From the NCBI GenBank assembly GCA_040900055.1, contig JBBDZU010000002.1, positions 127,725 through 191,724 on the forward strand: 64,000 bases of DNA. The letters are read 5' to 3'. The stretch comes from Candidatus Saccharimonadales bacterium (GTDB lineage Bacteria; Patescibacteriota; Saccharimonadia; Saccharimonadales; UBA10212). The translations under genes were made by a program, and so were the position numbers. Every line of letters begins with the position of its first letter. Position 1 is the stretch's first letter. This document shows, in pieces, positions 46,007 through 54,026 of this stretch. The notes under the pieces are model-generated. The model saw only the letters and a program-made list of their open reading frames with translations. It was not told the DNA's origin and ran no database searches.

Positions 46007-47794
46007 ATGAACGTCTTAACAGCTTCTACCGCCCAACACGTTGAAGAGATGCTGCTGGCTGACGGCGTCGTATCTAAAGCTGAGCTGGGCCAGCTAAAGC
46101 GACAGGCCGACACCAACGGTAAACCGCTTTTATCGACGCTTTTAGAAAAGGGCGCTATCACAGACGAGCAACTGACTAAAACCTTAGCTAAGGCTAGTAA
46201 GATTCCCTACGTTAACCTTAGTAATGTTCGTATTGACCCTAAAATCCTGCAGTTACTGCCACAAGATTTGGCCGAGCACTACATGGCCGTACCGCTTGGC
46301 GAGATGGCCGATCGTTTAGTGGTTGCTATGCTCGATGCCGGCAATGTTCAGGCCGTCGATTTTTTAAGCAACCGGATCGGCCGGCCCTTAAAAGTCTATG
46401 CCGCCAGCGAAAAAGGTATCAGACGAGTTCTACCGCAATACAGCCGGGGTGATTTAGTGCCTGGCATGGCCTCATTTTTAGACGAACAACTAAAAACTGC
46501 CGATGCCGAAGCCGGCCAAACCGTCCAAGCGGAAGAAAAAGTCCAAACCATCACCCCCGATTCGCCAATATCCAAAGCGCTGGCCGCTATCATGGACTAC
46601 GCTGCTAAAAACCTAGCCAGTGATATTCACATCGAGCCGCTAGAAAATCAAATTAAAATCCGCTGTCGGGTAGATGGGGTGCTACGCGAAGTCATGAAGC
46701 TGCCAAAAAGCTTAGAGGCCCCTTTAATTAGTCGAGTAAAAATTTTAGCCAACCTAAAAATAGATGAACACCGCATTCCTCAGGACGGCCAGTTTTCCAT
46801 TAAAGTCGACGGTCGGCCAATTGACCTTCGTATAGCCATTAGCCCAACGGTTTGGGGAGAACAAGTCACGCTCAGGCTGCTAGATAAAACGGCCACCAGC
46901 TTAAAACTAGAAGACTTAGGCTATACCGGTCGGACGCTTAGGCTTTTGGAAAAAGGCTTAACTAGGCCTTATGGCATGATACTAACTTCGGGGCCGACTG
47001 GCTCTGGAAAATCGACCTCTATGTACGCCATGATTCAAAAAATAAAGACTGATTCTATAAACATCGTTACGTTAGAAGATCCAGTGGAATATAAAATTGA
47101 AGGAGTTAATCAAATACAGGTTAACCCCGATATTGGCCTAACCTTTGCCACCGGCTTGCGGTCAGTCTTGCGCCAAGACCCCGATGTGGTAATGGTCGGC
47201 GAAATCCGGGATAAAGAAACCGCCAATTTAGCTGTCCAGGTAGCCCTAACCGGACATTTGGTTTTCTCAACTCTTCACACCAATAACGCCGCAGGCATTT
47301 TGCCAAGGCTACTTGACATGGGCATTGAGCCGTTTTTAATAGCCTCGACAGTTCATACGGTAATTGGCCAGCGCCTGGTAAGAAAAGTAGTGCCTGGCGG
47401 CGAGACTTATCAGTCCACTAAAGCCGAAACCTTAGCTATTTCGCAGGCGTTGGGAAACATCTTGCCGAAAACCTCCCAAGAGGTGGCAAAAGTTGCCGCG
47501 GACCTGGGCTATCAGAGCTTGCCTCTGGCAGGACAAAGCGCTTATACTCTAGTTAAAGGTGCCGTCTCGAACGATAATCCAACGGGTTATCAAGGACGCC
47601 TGGGGTTGTTCGAAGTCTTTGAGGTTACTGAGCAAATCCAAGACCAAATTCTACGTCATGCTACTAGCTCGATGATCCAAAAGGCGGCTCAAGCTCAAGG
47701 AATGCTAACTATGCGACAAGACGGCTACCTAAAGGCCTTGGCCGGCCTAACCACTCTTTTAGAAGTTGATAGAGTGGCGGCCGAGGAGGGCTAA
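46007..47794 (+). CDS. pilB: T4P extension ATPase PilB (GspE family)
   Basis: 595 aa. Walker A GPTGSGKST, Asp box and His box. Confidence 0.93.
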   Translation: MNVLTASTAQHVEEMLLADGVVSKAELGQLKRQADTNGKPLLSTLLEKGAITDEQLTKTLAKASKIPYVNLSNVRIDPKILQLLPQDLAEHYMAVPLGEMADRLVVAMLDAGNVQAVDFLSNRIGRPLKVYAASEKGIRRVLPQYSRGDLVPGMASFLDEQLKTADAEAGQTVQAEEKVQTITPDSPISKALAAIMDYAAKNLASDIHIEPLENQIKIRCRVDGVLREVMKLPKSLEAPLISRVKILANLKIDEHRIPQDGQFSIKVDGRPIDLRIAISPTVWGEQVTLRLLDKTATSLKLEDLGYTGRTLRLLEKGLTRPYGMILTSGPTGSGKSTSMYAMIQKIKTDSINIVTLEDPVEYKIEGVNQIQVNPDIGLTFATGLRSVLRQDPDVVMVGEIRDKETANLAVQVALTGHLVFSTLHTNNAAGILPRLLDMGIEPFLIASTVHTVIGQRLVRKVVPGGETYQSTKAETLAISQALGNILPKTSQEVAKVAADLGYQSLPLAGQSAYTLVKGAVSNDNPTGYQGRLGLFEVFEVTEQIQDQILRHATSSMIQKAAQAQGMLTMRQDGYLKALAGLTTLLEVDRVAAEEG

Positions 47795-47807
47795 TCACCG
47801 CGAAATT

Positions 47808-48887
47808 ATGGGGGTAAAAGTGCAAAATCAGCCAAAAATCGAAGCGCTGCTCGAAGAAGTAATTAAGCGTAAAGCCTCTGATTTGCACTTGCAAGTAGGC
47901 TTGGCGCCTACGCTTCGAATTGACGGTGCCTTAACGCCACTGCGTGACGGGACGCCACTTACCGAAACTACGCTGGAAGCTTTGTTATTCTCGCTGCTTG
48001 AAGAAGACCAAAAACAAATATTGCTACGTGACAAAGAGTTTGATTTTAGCTTCGCCTTTGGTGATTTAGGCAGATTCCGAGTTAATGCTTTTCATGAACG
48101 CGGCAACTTGGCAGCCGCTATGCGCCTTATTCCCAATAAAATTAGAACTATAGAAGAGCTTGGCCTGCCATCGGCTGTTAATAAATTTTGCGAATATCCA
48201 AGGGGTCTGGTACTAATTACCGGCCCGACTGGTTCTGGTAAATCGACTACGCTAGCTGCTTTAATCGACAAAATTAACGAAGAGCAGGCTCGTCATATTA
48301 TTACCGTGGAAGACCCCATTGAATACACCCATAAATCGAAGCGTTCGGTAATTGTCCAGCGCGAAGTCCACTATGATACTTATAGTTTTTCCTCGGCTCT
48401 ACGCTCTTCGCTTCGCCAAGACCCGGATATAGTTTTAATTGGCGAGATGCGTGACTTAGAAACTATTGCCGCGGCCATAACTATTGCCGAAACTGGCCAT
48501 TTGGTCTTTGCTACGCTGCACACCAATAGCTCCTCCCAAAGCATAGACCGCATGATAGACGTCTTTCCGCCTCACCAACAGCCCCAAGTGCGGTCCCAGC
48601 TTGGCAATATCTTAAATGCCATTTGTTCGCAGCGGCTGGTTCCAACGCTGGCCGGTGGCCGCGTGCCAGCTGCCGAAATTATGATTGCTAGTCCAGCCGT
48701 TAGAAACATTATCCGAGAGGGCAAAACTTATCAACTTGATGCAGTCATCCAAACTGGATCCGAGGTCGGTATGCAAAGTATGGATAGAACCTTAGTTAAC
48801 CTTATTCATGCTGGGACCATCAGCTATGACGAGGCTAGGAATTTTGCGGTTGATTTAGAAGAACTCGATAGACTAATGCGGGGCTAA
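47808..48887 (+). CDS. pilT: T4P retraction ATPase PilT
   Basis: Walker A GPTGSGKSTT and the AIRNIIREGK PilT signature. Start set at the internal ATG. Confidence 0.92.
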   Translation: MGVKVQNQPKIEALLEEVIKRKASDLHLQVGLAPTLRIDGALTPLRDGTPLTETTLEALLFSLLEEDQKQILLRDKEFDFSFAFGDLGRFRVNAFHERGNLAAAMRLIPNKIRTIEELGLPSAVNKFCEYPRGLVLITGPTGSGKSTTLAALIDKINEEQARHIITVEDPIEYTHKSKRSVIVQREVHYDTYSFSSALRSSLRQDPDIVLIGEMRDLETIAAAITIAETGHLVFATLHTNSSSQSIDRMIDVFPPHQQPQVRSQLGNILNAICSQRLVPTLAGGRVPAAEIMIASPAVRNIIREGKTYQLDAVIQTGSEVGMQSMDRTLVNLIHAGTISYDEARNFAVDLEELDRLMRG

Positions 48888-48894
48888 TCTTTAT

Positions 48895-50007
48895 ATGCCA
48901 AGCTTTAGCCATAGCGCTGTTGAAGCCAAAACCGAACTCTTCGGCGGTTTGGCAACCTTTCGTAATCGGATTGGGTCTAAACAAAAAGTTATTTTATCGC
49001 GTCAGCTGGCTACTTTAATTAATGCCGGTCTGCCGCTGATCCAAAGCTTAAATACAGTTAAGGGCCAAACATCTAACCCGGCCCTTAAAGAAATTATTGG
49101 TGTGATTATAAGCGATGTGGAGGGCGGGGCAACTTTATCAAAGGCCCTAGCCAAGCATCCCAAAGTTTTTAACGATGTTTATATTAGCTTAATTGCTGCC
49201 GGTGAAGCCTCGGGCAATCTAGACAAAAGCCTAGAGCGGCTGGCTAACCAGCAAGAAAAAGATGCCGAAATAGTCTCAAAAGTCCGGGGAGCCTTAATCT
49301 ATCCATTGATTGTCCTAGCTGTCTTAGGTGCAGTTTTGGTATTTATGTTGATTGCTGTTTTGCCGCAGGTCCAAAGCCTTTATGAGCAACTGCCCGGAGC
49401 AGAGTTACCTTTAATTACTAGGGCGCTACTGGCTTTAGCGAATCTAATCATAAATATTTGGTGGATTGTGCTGATAGTTTTAATCATCGGCAGTATTTTA
49501 GGCGTGCGCTGGGCCCGGAGTCCGGCCGGTCAAGAAGTAATAGATAGGCTCAAACTTAAGCTTTGGCCCATAGCACCGCTGTTTGCCAAACTTTATATGG
49601 CCCGGTTTTCCCGAACGGCTGCCACCTTAGTGGCTAGTGGGGTGCCCATGATAAAAATGCTAGAAACTACCGCCCAGGCGGTTGATAATCTGCAGGTTTC
49701 CAGGTCGATCCTACAAGCCTCCGAAAAGGTTAAAGGCGGTAAAAGCCTATCAGAAAGCTTAAGCGGCGATCCTAACTTCTTAGAACTGGTGCCTAATATG
49801 ATTAATATCGGTGAACAATCGGGTGCTTTGGACAATATGCTGGCCAAAACGGCCGAGTATTACGAGAAAGAGGTAGATAACCAAATTAAAGCTGTCTCAA
49901 CAGTAATTGAGCCGGTTATGATGATTATTGTCGGCGTTTTGGCTTTAATAATGGTAGCGGCCGTACTACTGCCCATATATAACCTGGCTGGCCAGCGCTT
50001 TATTTAG
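48895..50007 (+). CDS. pilC: T4P platform protein PilC (GspF family)
   Basis: 370 aa with two GspF repeats. Confidence 0.9.
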   Translation: MPSFSHSAVEAKTELFGGLATFRNRIGSKQKVILSRQLATLINAGLPLIQSLNTVKGQTSNPALKEIIGVIISDVEGGATLSKALAKHPKVFNDVYISLIAAGEASGNLDKSLERLANQQEKDAEIVSKVRGALIYPLIVLAVLGAVLVFMLIAVLPQVQSLYEQLPGAELPLITRALLALANLIINIWWIVLIVLIIGSILGVRWARSPAGQEVIDRLKLKLWPIAPLFAKLYMARFSRTAATLVASGVPMIKMLETTAQAVDNLQVSRSILQASEKVKGGKSLSESLSGDPNFLELVPNMINIGEQSGALDNMLAKTAEYYEKEVDNQIKAVSTVIEPVMMIIVGVLALIMVAAVLLPIYNLAGQRFI

Positions 50008-50009
50008 GC

Positions 50010-50037
50010 TTGCGTAAGTAATCAGATGCGGTAGTAT
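50010..50037 (+). promoter_or_regulatory. putative major pilin promoter
   Basis: TTGCGT, 16-nt spacer, TAGTAT. GGGAGGG SD ahead of the ATG. Confidence 0.4.
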
Positions 50038-50086
50038 TAAAACATAACCACTTCACTCATGAGCAGGGAGGGCATTAGGTAGCTTC

Positions 50087-50587
50087 ATGAAATACCGGCT
50101 TAACAAACAAAAAGAACCAAGAGTCCCCAAAAACTTGGGCGGTTTTACAATTATCGAGGTTGTTATTGTGCTGGCTATCGCTGGTCTAATTATGGCCATA
50201 GTTTTTATAGCCGTACCTCAACTTAACCGCAACGCTCGAGATAATGCCCGGCAAAACGTTGCCAATCGTTTGCACTCAGAACTTGGGACCTACGCTGCCA
50301 ATAATAGCGGAACCTATCCATTTACCACTTCGGCGCTAGCTGATTTCTCTAGCCGCTATGCCTCGACCATTAAGATGACTAATCCATCAACTGGCAGTAC
50401 GTACTCGCTAGACTTCGCTAGCAGTGATGGAGCAAATCCCAGTGCCGATCAAATCCTTATTCATCGCGGCGCTAGGTGTACCGGCGAACAAGCCTCTGGC
50501 ACCAGCTCCTCAGCCACTACCAGATCTTATGCGCTGCGGGTAGCGCTGGATAGATCAAACATTTTCTACTGCATCGACAACGGATAG
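50087..50587 (+). CDS. pilA: type IV major pilin
   Basis: 166 aa. Leader ...KNLGG|FTIIEVVIVLAIAGL with G at -1, F at +1 and E at +5. Confidence 0.85.
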   Translation: MKYRLNKQKEPRVPKNLGGFTIIEVVIVLAIAGLIMAIVFIAVPQLNRNARDNARQNVANRLHSELGTYAANNSGTYPFTTSALADFSSRYASTIKMTNPSTGSTYSLDFASSDGANPSADQILIHRGARCTGEQASGTSSSATTRSYALRVALDRSNIFYCIDNG

Positions 50588-50661
50588 ACCTACTTTGGAC
50601 AGCCAAAGTAGCAAAACCGCCGGGCGCGTCGCCAAGCTTGAGTAGCGGTTGTTTAAAACAG

Positions 50662-50681
50662 CCTGCCTGCCGGCAGGCAGG
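50662..50681. repeat. GC palindrome family copy 3
   Basis: Perfect CCTGCCTGCCGGCAGGCAGG. Confidence 0.95.
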
Positions 50682-50906
50682 GCTCGCTGTGGATCTCACC
50701 CTCACCATTTTCACTGGAAATGGTGAGGGGCTCAAACAGTCCTCGCGACCAAGTACGCCTCTTTAATAAACAACAGACTACTCAGGTTAACTCCTTATGC
50801 CCGGACCCATAAATTGGGCATGTAGGCGAGCCTGAGCTAAGCACGTCAAAAGCATCAACTTAATAATGCCGAGGACTGTCCGATCCGCCAGCTGGCGGAG
50901 AGGGCC

Positions 50907-50928
50907 GCCTGCCTGCCGGCAGGCAGGC
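50907..50928. repeat. GC palindrome family copy 4 (22 bp)
   Basis: GCCTGCCTGCCGGCAGGCAGGC. A CCGCCAGCTGGCGG palindrome lies adjacent at 50885-50898. Confidence 0.95.
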
Positions 50929-51066
50929 TTGTCGTCCCGCAGGCTTGTTTGTGCGCTTTGACAGGGGTTGGCGTCAGCCGAGCCTACGCCCAGAGCTTTT
51001 TTTGCTACTTTTGTCGGCACAAAAGTAGCGAATACTTTGCTTCTTTAGAAAGAAGCAGTTAGCATT

Positions 51067-51876
51067 ATGGTAATGCTTGTTACGGCTATTGCCTTAGCTA
51101 TTTTAGGCTTATGCTTGGGGAGCTTTGTAAACGCCCTGGTTTGGCGCATACATGTCAATAAAAATTGGGTGAAGGCTAGAAGCCAGTGCCCAACCTGCGG
51201 CCATATTCTATCGGCACGCGATCTAATTCCGGTTATATCTTGGTTATCATTACGCGGTCGTTGCCGTTACTGCGGCAATAAAATCTCTTGGCAGTATCCT
51301 ATTTCCGAACTTGGCCTATCAGCTGTTTTTATGACTTCTTATTATTTTTGGCCTGGCGGGTTAACTAGCACCGGTCCTAAAATTTTATTCATTAGCTGGC
51401 TTATTTCGGCTGTAGGTCTTTTGGCCTTATTTATTTATGACCTTCGTTGGATGTTGCTGCCCAGTAAAATCCTGGCTGCTACAGCTTTGGTGGCCATAAC
51501 CGGACGGCTGATTTACTTAATCGGCTTTGAACCGTCAAAAACTGAAGGCCTTGCCAATTGGCTACTTAGCATCACAGTAGCCAGTGGTCTATTTGGGTTA
51601 TTTTATATAATTTCACGCGGTCGCTGGATAGGCGACGGGGACATTAGCCTTGGTCTAATTACCGGCACCTTGCTGGCCGATCCATTGCGAAGTTTTTTAA
51701 TGATTTTTTTGGCGTCGCTAATTGGCACTTTAGTGGTGTTGCCGGCCATTATCAGCGGTCGGCGGGCGCTTGGTACTAGGGTGGCCTATGGCCCGTTTTT
51801 GATTTTAGCGGCATTTATTGTCCTTTTGTTTGGCGATCCATTTATCGATTGGTATAAGGCGCTGATTTTAGTTTAG
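51067..51876 (+). CDS. pilD: prepilin peptidase / N-methyltransferase
   Basis: 269 aa. CPTCGH...CRYCG zinc motif. Multi-TM protein with GDGD-type aspartate motifs. Confidence 0.9.
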   Translation: MVMLVTAIALAILGLCLGSFVNALVWRIHVNKNWVKARSQCPTCGHILSARDLIPVISWLSLRGRCRYCGNKISWQYPISELGLSAVFMTSYYFWPGGLTSTGPKILFISWLISAVGLLALFIYDLRWMLLPSKILAATALVAITGRLIYLIGFEPSKTEGLANWLLSITVASGLFGLFYIISRGRWIGDGDISLGLITGTLLADPLRSFLMIFLASLIGTLVVLPAIISGRRALGTRVAYGPFLILAAFIVLLFGDPFIDWYKALILV

Positions 51877-51922
51877 CTAAGGTGATTTACCCCTTAGCGC
51901 TTATGTTATACTAACCTATATA

Positions 51923-52813
51923 ATGAGGGGCTTTAAAAAGGCTTTGGACTGGGCCCGCCCAGCTCTAAATCCTGAAGTGACAAGAGAGGGAATACCTCTA
52001 TTTGAAGCATCAAGATTTAGGGCAGGGTATACCTTTATTGAGGCCCTAATCGTGCTGGCCATTTCTACATCTTTTTTCCTGGGCGCCATGGTCTTAGTAA
52101 ACGGCCAGCAATCTAAAACGGGCTTCTCCGGAGCCATGCGTGACCTGGAATCTAGGGTTAGAAACTACGTATCACAAGTTACCAGCGGGACTTTTCCAGA
52201 CAGCGCAGGCTATAGCTGCGAGGTTAACGCCACCGGTCATCCGGTTTTAAGCCCGGCAGCCGGAGGCATTGGCGAAAGTTCAGAATGTCTATTTTTAGGC
52301 AGAGCTATCCAAGCGGTGCCTAGTCACGATCATTTGTATATTTATCCGGTTATCGGCACTAAAAACGCTTATAACGGTGCCAACAACTTAGGTACGGCCG
52401 CCACGGGTTTTAATCAAATCAACACTAGCCCTGCCGTAAGCTCTGGCGGCCAGTTTCTGTTAGTAGACGAATATAAGCTCCTAGATGGCGCCAGCGTCCT
52501 CAAAACTTCTGTTGCGGGCTCTAGCGGCGATTTTAGCCTGGCGGGTTTTTATACGGCTTTATCAAGTGACGGTGGTTCGGCCAGTAATAGCTTACTAGCC
52601 AAGGCCTACCCACTAATTAGCACGACCGACACCATTAAATCGGCAGCCTTAAAAAGCTGCTTAGAAAAAAACCCACCGTGTGCCGAACTTTCCGATTTTA
52701 GCCGTTGGGACTTATGTGTCCAAAGCGGCGACGGTAATCAAACTGCTATTTTAAGCATTAACAACACCGCCGCGGGAATTACCACCAAATTAAGTTTCGA
52801 GGTCTGCTCATGA
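51923..52813 (+). CDS. minor (pseudo)pilin with hairpin element in the leader
   Basis: 296 aa. ...RFRAG|YTFIEALIVLAIS. The N-terminal MRGF followed by a 32-aa insert suggests an interrupted short leader. Confidence 0.75.
   Translation: MRGFKKALDWARPALNPEVTREGIPLFEASRFRAGYTFIEALIVLAISTSFFLGAMVLVNGQQSKTGFSGAMRDLESRVRNYVSQVTSGTFPDSAGYSCEVNATGHPVLSPAAGGIGESSECLFLGRAIQAVPSHDHLYIYPVIGTKNAYNGANNLGTAATGFNQINTSPAVSSGGQFLLVDEYKLLDGASVLKTSVAGSSGDFSLAGFYTALSSDGGSASNSLLAKAYPLISTTDTIKSAALKSCLEKNPPCAELSDFSRWDLCVQSGDGNQTAILSINNTAAGITTKLSFEVCS
51955..52027. repeat. prepilin-leader hairpin element, copy 1
   Basis: Outer arms CCCAGCTCTAAATCCTGA / TCAAGATTTAGGGCAGGG. Inner hairpin AGAGG-GAATA-CCTCT. About 85% identical to copy 2 by eye. 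Confidence 0.75.
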
Positions 52814-53358
52814 ATTTAATTACTAAAGACTCAACTTTTAGCTTGATTCACTTAATAAAGCGGGGGTCTCGCCCAGCCTTAAATCCTGAAGGCAGAAGAG
52901 AGGGAATACCTCTATTTCGATTATCAAGATTTAGGGCTGGGGACACCATCGTGGAAGTTCTAGTCAGCGTCACTGTTTTAGCACTAGTGCTAGCCGGCGC
53001 TTATGTTTCTTCTTCTAACAGCTTGCGTCAGGGTACTGCCGCTGGCAACCGTAATCAAGCTTTGGGCCACGCCCAAGCTCAAATTGGTCTTATAAAAAGC
53101 GCTGCCGGCACTAATGCGGCTACCTTGAACTCTTACAAAATTAACCAACCATTTTGCATAGCTTCAGACGGCACGGTCGATACCAGCAGTATCAACCAAG
53201 CAGAAGGTGTTTGCTATCTTAGCTCCTGGACGCCGTATGGAGTGGGCGTAAAATACAGCTCGTCTAATCAGGTATTTACGGTCACCGCCAAATGGCCAGG
53301 CGGAGGGGCCACCGCCCAGGACCAACTGGTGCTTTATTATAAAGCGGGGAGCAATTAG
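52810..53358 (+). CDS. minor (pseudo)pilin with hairpin element in the leader
   Basis: 182 aa. ...RFRAG|DTIVEVLVSVTVLALVLAG. ATGA overlap with the upstream gene. Confidence 0.7.
   Translation: MNLITKDSTFSLIHLIKRGSRPALNPEGRREGIPLFRLSRFRAGDTIVEVLVSVTVLALVLAGAYVSSSNSLRQGTAAGNRNQALGHAQAQIGLIKSAAGTNAATLNSYKINQPFCIASDGTVDTSSINQAEGVCYLSSWTPYGVGVKYSSSNQVFTVTAKWPGGGATAQDQLVLYYKAGSN
52869..52942. repeat. prepilin-leader hairpin element, copy 2
   Basis: CGCCCAGCCTTAAATCCTGAAG...AGAGGGAATACCTCT...ATCAAGATTTAGGGCTGGGG. Confidence 0.75.
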
Positions 53359-53360
53359 CT

Positions 53361-54026
53361 ATGACGCGGGCATATTCGCCTAAGGGCTTTACCATAACCG
53401 AGCTGCTAATCGCCACCGCAGTCTTCTCACTCATCTTAACAGGGGCCATAGCCGGTTTTTTGCAAATTGGTAGGATGTTTTATAAAGGGGTTTCTGTCAC
53501 CCAAACTCAGGAAAATGCCCAGACTTTGCTAAATAGTCTGCGTGACGGAATTGCCCAGTCTGCTAATGTCTCGTCAGCCCAGTCTGGCGGGGGCTATACG
53601 TACTACTGCATTGGCAACGTTCGCTATACTTATAACATCAACAAAATGGTGGACCAATCGGCCGATTCTAATTACTCGTCCGGCGGCAATTTTGGGCTTT
53701 TGCGTGATGTGATGCCAGGCTCTACGGCCTGCGCGACACCTTGTGTTAGCGCTTGCCCGGCGGGCGGCGTAGCCTTAAATAAACCACAGGAGCTGCTTGG
53801 CCACAAAAACCGTTTGGGTAATTTTAGTATTGTCCAGCCAGACCCAGCTGCTGCCCCTAACTTATATAAGTTGGACCTAACGGTTGTTTATGGCGACGAC
53901 GAGGTTTTGGACTTTCGTGAAGAGGGCAACCCGGCCACACTTTTTTGTACCGGTAATCTATCTACCCAGCAGTTTTGCGCCGTAAGCTCGCTGTCGACCA
54001 GCGTTTATCGAGGTTTAAGCCTATGA
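53361..54026 (+). CDS. minor pilin
   Basis: 221 aa. Leader MTRAYSPKG|FTITELLIATAVF. Confidence 0.8.
   Translation: MTRAYSPKGFTITELLIATAVFSLILTGAIAGFLQIGRMFYKGVSVTQTQENAQTLLNSLRDGIAQSANVSSAQSGGGYTYYCIGNVRYTYNINKMVDQSADSNYSSGGNFGLLRDVMPGSTACATPCVSACPAGGVALNKPQELLGHKNRLGNFSIVQPDPAAAPNLYKLDLTVVYGDDEVLDFREEGNPATLFCTGNLSTQQFCAVSSLSTSVYRGLSL

Larger units (their letters stand above)
50591..51030. repeat. 440-bp composite inverted-repeat element (MITE-like or large structured RNA)
   Basis: Both ends carry a TACTTTnG...CAAAGTAGCAAAA hairpin. Each arm then has the 20-bp GC palindrome, a second hairpin and ACAGTCCTCG/CGAGGACTGT. Details are in the findings. Confidence 0.6.

Noticed and set aside
50790-50830. 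Possible RNase P RNA or tmRNA in the pilA-pilD spacer
   Set aside because: The minus strand contains GTCCGGGC, reminiscent of the RNase P CR-I core. However, the flanking GAGGAAA and the CR-V ACAGAACCCGGCTTA-type segment are absent. No tmRNA tag frame ending in hydrophobic residues plus a stop, and no tRNA-like ends, were found.
50517-51020. Minus-strand ORFs of 72 and 77 aa across the pilA-pilD spacer
   Set aside because: Both run through the palindromes (giving ACRQAG peptides) and have no RBS. The region is better explained as a non-coding inverted-repeat element.
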